Assembly (NCBI GenBank): GCA_965247115.1
Contig: CBDFGR010000002.1
Span: 1,184,001 to 1,248,000, forward strand
Direction of reading: 5' to 3'
Origin: Myxococcota bacterium
Lineage (GTDB): Bacteria > Myxococcota_A > UBA9160 > SZUA-336
Length of the DNA: 64,000 nucleotides
Below the pieces are notes generated by a model. That model saw only the letters and a list, made by a program, of their open reading frames with translations. It did no database searches and was not told the DNA's origin. Made by a program: the position numbers and the translations under genes. The first letter of the stretch is position 1; the number at the start of each line of letters is the position of its first letter. This document shows, piece after piece, positions 49,377 through 58,385 of the stretch.

Positions 49377-51103
49377 CGGGGTAGAGCCCCACAGTCTGAG
49401 AGAGCTGCTCGAGCGCGAACTCAGAATCACCACTCAGATGCGCGTGCCAGCCCAGCAAGACGTTGGCACTCAAATCCAGCGGATCAAGCTCGCTGGCGCG
49501 GCGAAAGTAGGGCTCCGCCTCGTCGATCTGCCCGAGCATTGTGAGCATCAAACCGAGCCTGAATGCGCTGCGGCTGTCGTTGGGGTTGAGCTCGATTGCG
49601 CGCCGATACTGGTGCTCTGCTCCTTGGAAATCCGACTCGCCATACATCGACAAGCCGAGCGCGAGGTGTGCCTCGGGCAAGTTCTCGTCGAGCTCCAACG
49701 CCTTCAGCGCCGCCTCCCTCTGCAGCGGGATCATCTCGCGCGCCGGAGCCACGCCGAAAGCGTGTAGATACCACCGTGCCGTCGAGAGGCCAGAATGCGC
49801 CGGCGCGTAGTTGGGATCGAGCTCGATGGACCGTTTGAACGCCGCGGCAGCGAGCGGGAAGCTCCGCGGGTCGAACTGTGTCCACAGATGGTGCAACCCC
49901 CGGAGGTACGCCTCGTGCGCTTCGGGATCGACCCGACGAGTGCCGGCCAGCCGCGCCTGGTCCTTGGGCGTCAGCTCGACTTTGATCTGCTTGGCGACCG
50001 CCCGGGCGACATCGCTCTGTAGCGCCAGCACGTCCGACAGCTCGCGATCGTAGCGCTCGTTCCACAGGTGCGTATCGCTGCGCGCGTGAATGAGCTGAAC
50101 CGTGATGCGTACTCGGTCCTCCGCACGCATGACGGTGCCCTCGATCACTCCATCCACGTCGAGCTCCTGAGCGATCTCGGGTAGCGGCTTTCGCACGTCC
50201 TTGTATTGCATAACCGACGTTCGGGAGATCACGCGCAGCGATCCGATCTTTGCGAGATCCCCGATGAGAGCCTCCGTCATGCCGTCCGCAAAGTACTCCT
50301 GCTCGGGATCGCCTGAGAGGTTCTCCAGGGGAAGGACTGCGAGGGAGCGGATCGGAGCAGAGCTCGGGACTGTTGTGGGCTCGAAGGCTCCGAAGAACTG
50401 CGAGGCCGCTACAGCTGCCGCGCTCACCACTGCTGCGAATCCCACCACCAGGGCCGCTCGCCGCACTCTTCTCGGAGCAGTCGCTGGCGCTCCCGCCTCG
50501 ATCCTCACGCGGTACACTCGCACCGGATCGGGGATGTTCTTGACCTCTTGCTCGCCCAGATCGTCAAGGCCGAGGTCCAATCTGCTGTGTGCTACGTCGT
50601 AGACGGTGCCGGAGATGCAGATGCCGCCTGGTTCGGCCAGACCCTCCAGCCGTGCGGCGATGTTCACCCCATCCCCGTAGATCCGGTCACCCTCCGCCGT
50701 GATGTCCGCCAGATGCACCCCGATCCGAAACAGCATTCGGCGGTTCTCGGCCAGGCTCTGGTTGCGGACCTGCAGCACGCCCTGGACCTCTATCGCGCAC
50801 TGGACTGCATCGAGGGCATTGGGGAACTCCGCCAGTAGGTTGTCGCCGGGCGAGTCCACGACCCGGCCATGATGGTCAGCTACGAGGCTGCTGATGAGGC
50901 TGCGGTAGGCCGTGAGGGTCTGGATTGTGCCCTGCTCGTCCTCGGCCATGAGGCGCGAGTAGCCCGCGACATCGGCGGAGAGGATGGCAGCCAGCCTGCG
51001 CTCATGGGGTATTGGGAGAGTCTACTCCTGGGCGATTACGGCTGGTGAACCTGCAAAGAGGCTCCCGAGGCGGAGGGCCCTAAGGTGCGTTTCGGCTCGA
51101 CTG

Positions 51104-51637
51104 ATGGCTAGACGATCCGGACAGATCACACCGCGCGGCGAGCGGAAGTGGCTAGTCCGCTGGTTCGTCGGCAATGATGCGCACGGCAAGCGCAGGTACA
51201 CGTCTAAGACTGTCCACGGGACGAAGCGCGATGCCCAGAAGTACTTGAACTCCATACTGAGGAGTCAGGACCTGGGGCAGTACGTCGAGCACGGGCGCAC
51301 CCAGGCGGAGGCGGCGCTGAAGCTCGGGCCTGCATACAACCGCGAACTCGATCTCGTCTTCGCCAACGAGGTGGGAGAGCCGCTGGACCGCCGGAACTTG
51401 GTGCAGCAGCACTTCAAGAAGATCGTCAAGGAGGCGGGGCTTCCCGTGAGCCTTCGCCTCTACGACCTCCGCCACACTTGCTGCACGCTGCTGCTCGCCA
51501 CAGGCGTCAACGTGAAGGTGGTAGGCGAACGGCTCGGCCACGCCTCAGCGGCGATGACGCTCAATGTCTACGGTCACGTTCTGCCAGGGAGGCAGGAAGA
51601 GGCAACGAGGAAGCTCGAACGCGCACTGTTTGAGTAG
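51104..51637 (+). pseudogene. Internally deleted tyrosine integrase (arm-binding domain fused to the C-terminal catalytic part)
   Basis: GQITPRGERKWLVRW...TKRDAQ joined in frame to LRLYDLRHT...LGHASAAMTLNVYGH; 177 aa. Confidence 0.85.
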
Positions 51638-51711
51638 CCGAACACCGTTGCTATCGACGTTGGCACACTACGAGCTACGTGAGAGAACGGGACCAAGCCG
51701 TAACTCCCCGA

Positions 51712-52034
51712 AATCATTGGTCGGGGCGGCCGGACTTGAACCGGCGACCTCCTGCTCCCAAAGCAGCCTGCGAGTGTTTTGGTGCGTTTGGCTTCGTTGG
51801 CCCGCGTGCTCTAACGCTCTGCTGCGTTTGAGGATTCCGACCCCGCGAGGTTGGCTCCGTTGGGCTACGAGATCCTACGATTGGCGGAGTTCGCACCCCG
51901 ATTCGCACCCAACGCGGGACCCCAGGCGGCGCGCATCCACTCCTCGAAGTCGCTGAGTCGGCGAGGCCGCGGACGAGGCGTAGTTCGAAGCCGAACTCGC
52001 AGAAAGCGACAGGGAATCGGGTTGGTGCAAGCTC
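51712..52034. repeat. 323-bp direct repeat copy B, including the 49-bp tRNA-Pro 3' end (51718-51766)
   Basis: Offset 4666 from copy A. Confidence 0.95.
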
Positions 52035-52193
52035 AAGGGGTTGGCGAGAATTTCTTCGATCTACGGAAAAGAGCGTGTCTACGGGCTGTTGCGCCGCGAG
52101 GAGGCGCTCAACTCTTCGACCAGCACAGAATGCAGGCCAGCGACATGTCCGCCTCGCTGGCACTGCCGTAGTTGCCTCGGCACGCGGGGGCGT

Positions 52194-53003
52194 TTACTCG
52201 CGCAGCATCACGGACGCGCCGAGCGAGACCGCGAAGGCGACGCCCAGCGCCGCGACGACGGAGGCGCCCGTCGGCAGGTCCCAGAGCGCGCTCGCGACGA
52301 TCCCGGCGGCGCTGCCGAGCGTGCCTATCAGCCAGCCTCCCAGCAGCCGTCCGCGCAGTGAGGCCAGGAAGAGGGCTGCGCAGGCGGCGGGCACAATCAG
52401 CAGGCTAAACACGACCAGCACCCCCGCCATCTGGACGGAGCTTGTGACCACCACGCCGAAGCTCGCATAGAAGACGAAGTCGAGCAGCTTCTCCCGGCGC
52501 GCCGGCGGTGAAGCAATGGCGCTTCGCCGTGAGATCTCGAAGAACGCACTTCGCAGCAGCACGTGTAGTGCGAGGACGACCGCACAGAGCAGGGCGGCGA
52601 TGCCGACCTCCGTCCACTCGACGAAGAGCAAGCGACCTGTAAGCATGCTCTCGACCTCGTCCCGATCGAGCGCGCTCTTCGAGAGCACGAGGATCACGAG
52701 GGCAGCGCTCACGCCGTAGACGATCCCGATCAGGGCTTCCTGCGGCAAGCGCCTGCGCTCGGTTCGTACCCCCGCGAAGATGGCAGCGCCCGCCAGCGTG
52801 AACGCGAACGACCAGAGGTAGATCGTCGCCGCACTCGCCTCGGACGCCACCATGTGAGCCACGGCCACCCCGAGCGCGGCGAGTTGAGCGAGGGCGAGAT
52901 CCACGAAGATCACCTCCCGCAGGAGCACGTGCAGACCGAAATAGCCAAGCACACCAGCGAGCAGCAGGCAGGTCACGAACGCGGGAGCAAGCAGCTCGAT
53001 CAC
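52194..53003 (-). CDS. Metal ABC transporter permease (ZnuB/MntB-like)
   Basis: GLHVLLREVIFVDLALAQLAALG, PQEALIGIVY, GVLVVFSLLIVPA, DLPTG. Confidence 0.9.
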   Translation of the reverse strand: MIELLAPAFVTCLLLAGVLGYFGLHVLLREVIFVDLALAQLAALGVAVAHMVASEASAATIYLWSFAFTLAGAAIFAGVRTERRRLPQEALIGIVYGVSAALVILVLSKSALDRDEVESMLTGRLLFVEWTEVGIAALLCAVVLALHVLLRSAFFEISRRSAIASPPARREKLLDFVFYASFGVVVTSSVQMAGVLVVFSLLIVPAACAALFLASLRGRLLGGWLIGTLGSAAGIVASALWDLPTGASVVAALGVAFAVSLGASVMLRE

Positions 53004-53028
53004 TAGATCTCCTGTCTCGCGGGCGTGC

Positions 53029-53964
53029 TCACGGCGCGGCCGCCGGTAGCGCGAGGGCATCGAGGAGTGTGTCCACGTTGTACTCGAAGAGCCGCGCGTA
53101 CGAATCTACCTCCGGCAGCGCGTAGACCTCCTGGGCGAGCACAACGGCCCGGGCACCTGCCCGTTTCGCGACGCGCTCAGCGATCTTCTGGCTGCTGAAC
53201 GTCTCGACGATCACGACGCGTACGCCCGCCTGGCTCATCTGCTCCGCGACCCGTGCGATGTGCTGCGGCCCCGGGGCGATGCCGGGCTTGGGCTCGACCT
53301 CAGCCATCTTTTCGAGCGAGAACCGGCGCAGAAAGTAGGGCCAGGTGCGGTGGTAGGTGACGACTCTGGTCTTCCGGTATGGCTCCATGCGCTCGAGGAG
53401 TCGAGCGGTGAGCGCCAGCAGTTGCTGTTCAAGTACTTCAAAGTTCTGCTCGTAAGGCTCTCGATGCTCCGGGTCGGTGCGCAGCAGCGCATTGGCAATC
53501 GTCCGTGCGACGATGATCCCATTCAGCGGATCGAGCAGATAGTGAGTGTTCCCGTAGACATGGATGTCGCCGAAGGCGCGCGAGAGCCCGCCCCGCGACG
53601 GGACCTCCTGGAGCACGATGCCGCGGGAAGCGTCGATGTTCCCGGAGGCTCCCGGCAACAGCCGCTCGCGGCGCGCGCTGCGCACGAGCGACGGGACCCA
53701 GGGCTCCGCGTCGAGCCCAAGGTGCACGAACAGATCGGCCTTGCGCAGCTTCATGACGAGGCTCGGCTTGGGCACCACGTTGTGCGGGTTTTCCCGACCG
53801 CGCATGAGAGCCTCGACTTCGACCGTGGAGCCGCCGACTTGACGGGTCAGGTCCGCTAGCGCCGGGCTGGTGGTTACCACGCGCACCTCGGCCCGCACGA
53901 GGCACGGCGCCAGCGCCGCGAGCAACGCGATCCCGAGCGTCATTCGCTGCACTGGCAAACTCAT
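53029..53964 (-). CDS. Metal ABC transporter substrate-binding protein (ZnuA/TroA-like)
   Basis: VVTTSP, ENPHNV, GDIHVYGNTHYLLDP, VTYHRTWPYF, EPKPGIAP. Confidence 0.92.
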   Translation of the reverse strand: MSLPVQRMTLGIALLAALAPCLVRAEVRVVTTSPALADLTRQVGGSTVEVEALMRGRENPHNVVPKPSLVMKLRKADLFVHLGLDAEPWVPSLVRSARRERLLPGASGNIDASRGIVLQEVPSRGGLSRAFGDIHVYGNTHYLLDPLNGIIVARTIANALLRTDPEHREPYEQNFEVLEQQLLALTARLLERMEPYRKTRVVTYHRTWPYFLRRFSLEKMAEVEPKPGIAPGPQHIARVAEQMSQAGVRVVIVETFSSQKIAERVAKRAGARAVVLAQEVYALPEVDSYARLFEYNVDTLLDALALPAAAP

Positions 53965-55325
53965 CGGTTCACCCAGTACGGGTGCGGCGGGTGCGCACCG
54001 ATGTAGAAGGTGAGCCCGAGCAGGAGCGAATCCTCGTGGTCGCTTTGGCCCAGGAGGTCGCGCTCCAGATGCTGATACTCCAGGCGCAGGCGCAGCGCCT
54101 CATTCAAGTACCAGCTGACGTACGACGAGATTCCCCAGTCGGAGTCGCTCCGGCGTCGTGCCCCTAGGTCGGGAAACTCCGTGTAGTCGTAGCGGATGCC
54201 CGCGTACCAGTTCCGATCGAACTGGTACTGCCCGAATACGTAGAGCCCCCAGTTGTCATCGCGGATGATGCCCTGGACCGCATCGTCGAAGTCGCTGTTT
54301 GACCAGAACAGCTCGCCCTGGAGCAGTAGGCTGCGGAAGTCGGGGCGCACCGGGTCGCGCCACTGATAGCTGGCGTCCGCTCCAAGCATGTAGCCGGCCG
54401 CGTCTCGATCGCCCGACGTCCTGCTGTGCAGAAAGCTGGCACCCAGTTCGAGGGAGCCGGTGTCCCCCACGTCCTGGAACAGCTTCAGGTGACTCAGCAC
54501 GGCGGGGTTCACCGCTCCCGGGCCGCCCAGGATCGGAGACTCCGACCCGCCGTCGGCGTTGACGACCTGTGTCGTCAGCTCCAGGTAGCGGTCCCAGGGG
54601 TTGGGAACGATCCAGTCCACGGACGCCCCGATCGTCGTCAGGCCCTCGGGGCCGAGGAATGCCTGCACGGCCAGGGGACGCGTCACCTGCGGCAGGTCGT
54701 GGGTGTGAAGCAGGTTGTTGCGACCGAACGCGGACCGGAACTTCCCGGCCTTGAGGGCGAGATCCCCGGGCAGCGTGTGGATGTTCAGGTATGCCTCCTC
54801 GATCTCGAACTCGATGCCGATGTCCACGCCGCCGAAGGGGTCCTCGATCTCCACGTCGCCGAAGGGGTTCTCGATCTCCTCGCCCATCGCGATCACCAGC
54901 ACGCCGTCCGCTCGGGGCGAGACCGCGCTGCGCAGGTCCAGCTCCGTCTCGCGCAGGTTGAAGCGGTTGCGGGCCTCGTTGTCTCCGTCGCTCGACAGGC
55001 TCCCGCCCATATCGAAGAAGGCGGTGATTTGCGGGTTCAGCAGGTTGCCCTGCCCGGTGCCGGGGGCGCCGCCGGACAGCACGGTTCGCTCTCGCGCGGG
55101 CGCGCTCCCGGCAGACGCCGAAGCCAGCTGCGCGACCCGGTCTTCGAGTTCGCGGATCCGGCGCTGCTCGGTCTCGTGAACGCTCTCCATCTCCTGCACC
55201 CGCCGGGTGAGAAGTTCTAGGGTTTCTCTGAGGGCATCGACGGTCGCCGGCTCGGTCTGCGCGCGCGCGGTTTGCGCGGAGCAGAACGCAGCCAGGACCG
55301 TGCCCAGGAAGACGGCACGTCTCAT
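53961..55325 (-). CDS. Outer-membrane barrel protein associated with Zn/metal uptake
   Basis: Signal peptide plus coiled coil, LNPQI, FNLRETEL, IEEAY, FGRNNLLHTHD, RLEYQH, C-terminal GAHPPHPY. Confidence 0.8.
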   Translation of the reverse strand: MRRAVFLGTVLAAFCSAQTARAQTEPATVDALRETLELLTRRVQEMESVHETEQRRIRELEDRVAQLASASAGSAPARERTVLSGGAPGTGQGNLLNPQITAFFDMGGSLSSDGDNEARNRFNLRETELDLRSAVSPRADGVLVIAMGEEIENPFGDVEIEDPFGGVDIGIEFEIEEAYLNIHTLPGDLALKAGKFRSAFGRNNLLHTHDLPQVTRPLAVQAFLGPEGLTTIGASVDWIVPNPWDRYLELTTQVVNADGGSESPILGGPGAVNPAVLSHLKLFQDVGDTGSLELGASFLHSRTSGDRDAAGYMLGADASYQWRDPVRPDFRSLLLQGELFWSNSDFDDAVQGIIRDDNWGLYVFGQYQFDRNWYAGIRYDYTEFPDLGARRRSDSDWGISSYVSWYLNEALRLRLEYQHLERDLLGQSDHEDSLLLGLTFYIGAHPPHPYWVNR

Positions 55326-55396
55326 CGCACGAAACTCCCGCCTCGTCCCCGCTGGGGCGAGGTGTTCAAAGGTTCTCTTCAGACCTCAGGATGAGT

Positions 55397-55750
55397 TCAG
55401 CTGAAGAGATCGTGCGGAGGAGCGCGAGCCTCTTCGGGGCTCGCTTCCGGGATGCGCGGCGCAGCGGTCCGAACTGGACGCAGCGCCTGCGCCGTCTCGA
55501 AATGGAGCAGAGGGGCGACCTGGGTCGGCCCTGGTGTGAAGGCGTTGCTCCCTGACAGGCAGAAGGGACAGGCGTTCTGGTCGTGGACCGGGGTCGGGGT
55601 CGAAGAGGACGAAGGGGCGCCTTCGTCGGCGACCCGGTATGTGGCGCCCAGCAGCGCGTGTCCAGCGACGTTGCTCGCGAAGCCGACGTACGCCGCCGCA
55701 AGCAGCACGAGCAGGCGGCACGCGGAGGATCGTCGCGGGCGCGGAGTCAT
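55397..55750 (-). CDS. DUF2946-like leader protein with CxxC and RAPP motifs
   Basis: Hydrophobic N-terminus, HDQNACPFC, Pro-rich linker, C-terminal ARAPP. Confidence 0.75.
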   Translation of the reverse strand: MTPRPRRSSACRLLVLLAAAYVGFASNVAGHALLGATYRVADEGAPSSSSTPTPVHDQNACPFCLSGSNAFTPGPTQVAPLLHFETAQALRPVRTAAPRIPEASPEEARAPPHDLFS

Positions 55751-55840
55751 CCTGGAGGCGAAGCCTAGGACGCATCTCCGCAATCTACAACCGCGCGAGA
55801 CCTGGGCGCTTGTCGCTCGCTCGCCCCCGCACCAGGGAAC

Positions 55841-56054
55841 GAGGCGAACCTGCCGCCGACCCTGCGACTCTACGACCTCCGCCACACCTGCTGCACGCTG
55901 CTTCTCGCGTATGGAGTAAACGTGAAGGTGGTGAGCGAACGACTCGGCCACGCTTCTGCCGCGATGACGCTCGATGTGTACGGCCACGTTCTGCCGGGGG
56001 ATGCAGGAGGAGGCGACGAAACGATTAGAGGCGACGCTATTTCAGGGCGGCTAG
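55841..56054 (+). pseudogene. Tyrosine integrase C-terminal relic
   Basis: LPPTLRLYDLRHTCCTLLLAYGVNVKVVSERLGHASAAMTLDVYGHVLPG, then a +1 shift in a G run to MQEEATKRLEATLF. Confidence 0.88.
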
Positions 56055-56873
56055 CTGGTCCTTCACGTAATTGATCGACACGCAGCCGCCCACACCAAGA
56101 GAATTTGCTGCAAGGGCGCGTCCAGTGAGTTCCGCGAACTCCGCGAAATCGATTCCGATCATCCGAACGGACGCGGACTCTTTGGTTTCTCTCGCTAACC
56201 TCGCCAGCTCTGCCGCATCGTTCGCATGCGGATTCAGGTTGAAGGTGATGATCCCAACGACTCGATCGGCGGCCGGTCGATCTCCGAGCAGGACGAGCGG
56301 ACCACCTGAGTTCCCCCTGTTTATGCTCAGATCCAGCCAGGCTACGTCGCGGAACCCCTCTCCCAGGTAGCCTGGCGCCCTCGACTTGGATGAGAGCATC
56401 CCCTTAGCGACAACCGGCTGTTCGAGTCCCATTGGGAATCCGGCCGTGAAGATCGACGCCCCCTCTGGCGCATCGGAAAATGACCCGACTTGCAGGGCCA
56501 CAAGAGCGGCGGCGTTTACTCGCAGGATCGCGAAGTCCTTAGAGATGGATTCGAGCGTCCGGGCTCTGTCCCCCCGATCAACGGCGACCGCAGGGAGCGT
56601 CCTTCCGTCCTTGAACTCGACCGAGATGTCGGTTGCGAACTGGATCGAGACCTTGCCCTCGCCAGCGGCGACAGCTTGCTAGACGACATGAAAGTTGGTC
56701 ACGATCAGACCGTCTTCGGACACGACGAAGCCGGTGCCGTTGGGTTTGTCGCTCACAAGGACTCTGACCACGGAAGCAGTGATCGATGCGTGGCGCTCGA
56801 TCATCGGATCTGGCTCGCCCGCGAAGACGCTAAGAGTTGAAAACGCAGCAATGAACGCAGCCAGGCAGGGCAA
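56037..56873 (-). pseudogene. Trypsin-like serine protease with an in-frame TAG
   Basis: GTGFVV...VTNFHVV* continues in frame to DFAILRV and INRGNSGGP; the stop is at 56679-56681. Confidence 0.82.
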
Positions 56874-56954
56874 CTCGCGGAGCCGTTCGCACCCTACTCG
56901 CACCCAAGACGGTCGGTTGCTGCAGTGGAGAATCTCGTAACCCACCGAAATCGT

Positions 56955-57031
56955 TGGTCGGGGCGGCCGGACTTGAACCGGCGACCTCCTGCTCCCAAAG
57001 CAGGTGCGCTACCAAACTGCGCTACGCCCCG
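56955..57031 (-). tRNA. tRNA-Pro(TGG)
   Basis: Reverse complement CGGGGCGTAGCGCAGTTTGGTAGCGCACCTGCTTTGGGAGCAGGAGGTCGCCGGTTCAAGTCCGGCCGCCCCGACCA. Confidence 0.97.
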
Positions 57032-57063
57032 ACGGCTGCGAGGCTAACAAATCGGGACGAGTT

Positions 57064-57669
57064 TCACGCGTCGTCGTCGAGGTGGACGCGCAGGAGCGGG
57101 AGGAACGAGCGCATGGCCTGGCCCCGGTGGCTGATGTGCCCCTTCTCGTGGGGCTCGAGCTCGGCCATCGTGCAGTTGGGCGCGCGCTCCGGGACGAAGA
57201 TCGGATCGTAGCCGAAGCCGTCTCTACCGCGCGGCTGCTCGGCGATCGCACCCTCACAGGTGCCATGGCCGATGGCGACGATCTCACCGTCGGGGCGGGC
57301 CAGGGCCATCACGCAGACAAAGCGGGCGCTTCGTTGCGACTCACCCTCGAGCTCTCGCAGGAGCTTCGCGTTGTTTGCCGCGACATCCCCGTGCACTCCC
57401 GCATAGCGGGCCGAGTACACACCGGGCTCACCGCCGAGCTTATCGACCACCAGGCCGCTGTCCTCCGCGATCGACCAGATCCCCGTCGAGGTGGCGGCCT
57501 GCGTCGCCTTGAGCCTCGCGTTCGCCTCGAAGCTGCAACCCGCCTCCTCCACGTCTGGCGCTTCTGGGTGGCTGGCGAGACTCTCGATCGGAACGTCCAG
57601 GCCAGCCAGGAACTCCCGAAGCTCGCGCGCCTTCCCTTCGTTTCGGGTGGCCAGGAGCAGACGCCTCAT
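57064..57669 (-). CDS. rdgB: Non-canonical purine NTP pyrophosphatase
   Basis: ATRNEGK, NARLKA, EDSGL, PGVYSAR, GFGYDPIF, ISHRGQA. Confidence 0.96.
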   Translation of the reverse strand: MRRLLLATRNEGKARELREFLAGLDVPIESLASHPEAPDVEEAGCSFEANARLKATQAATSTGIWSIAEDSGLVVDKLGGEPGVYSARYAGVHGDVAANNAKLLRELEGESQRSARFVCVMALARPDGEIVAIGHGTCEGAIAEQPRGRDGFGYDPIFVPERAPNCTMAELEPHEKGHISHRGQAMRSFLPLLRVHLDDDA

Positions 57670-58385
57670 CCGGAGAGCACCTTTTGCTGAAGACGGGTCA
57701 GTTCGGCGATCCCCTTGGCCCCGAGCTCGAGCATGGCGTCCAGCTGAGCCTGGTCGAAGGTGGCACTCTCCCCGGTTCCCTGAATCTCCACGAACTGGTT
57801 GCCACCGGTTCGCACCAGGTTCAGATCCACGTCGGCGCGGGCGTCCTCCTCGTATGGGAGGTCCAGGAGTACGGCTCCGTTGACGATGCCGACCGAGATG
57901 GCCGCCACCGAGTCCCGCAGCGGGTCGCGGGTGATCAGGTCGTTCTCGCGCAGCCGCCGGCAGGCCGCTGCCAGCGCGACGTACGCGCCGGTAATTGCGG
58001 CGGTGCGGGTCCCCCCGTCCGCCTGCAATACGTCGCAGTCGACGAGGAGCGCCCGCTCGCCAAGGGCCTCCAAGTCCGTCACCGCTCGCAGCGAACGGCC
58101 GATCAGGCGCTGGATCTCCATCGTCCTCCCGGAGAGGCGTCCGCGCACGGCTTCGCGATCACTGCGGGTGTCGGTCGAGCCCGGCAGGAGCGAGTACTCC
58201 GCGGTTACCCAGCCACTACCGCGTCCGCGCAGCCAGCCCGGCACCTGCTCGGCCAGGTGAACCGTGCAGAGGACCATCGTGCGCCCCATGCGGATGAGGC
58301 AGGACCCGGTGGGATTCTCCACGAAGCCCAGATCCATCTCGATGGGCCTGAGCTCGTCGGGTGCTCGACCGTCGAGTCGCTTCAC
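57666..58385 (-). CDS. rph: Ribonuclease PH
   Basis: GWVTAEYSLLP, GRTMEIQRLIGRSLR, DVLQADGGTRTA, EIQGTGE. Confidence 0.97.
   Translation of the reverse strand: MKRLDGRAPDELRPIEMDLGFVENPTGSCLIRMGRTMVLCTVHLAEQVPGWLRGRGSGWVTAEYSLLPGSTDTRSDREAVRGRLSGRTMEIQRLIGRSLRAVTDLEALGERALLVDCDVLQADGGTRTAAITGAYVALAAACRRLRENDLITRDPLRDSVAAISVGIVNGAVLLDLPYEEDARADVDLNLVRTGGNQFVEIQGTGESATFDQAQLDAMLELGAKGIAELTRLQQKVLSG

Larger units (their letters stand above)
47568..51005 (-). pseudogene. Class III adenylate/guanylate cyclase-TM-TolB-like-TPR gene interrupted by IS256
   Basis: RRLAAILSADVAGYSRLM, GDGVNIAARLE, SLAVLPLENLSGDPEQEYFADG, TPRs, FDPMRSDPRF. Removing the IS restores ...GLYPDRLLPRIFLFW in frame. Confidence 0.92.

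Noticed and set aside
55994..56001. Programmed frameshift in the integrase relic (and in TauD at ~18578)
   Set aside because: These are single-base homopolymer changes in genes that are already truncated; decay or sequencing error is more likely.
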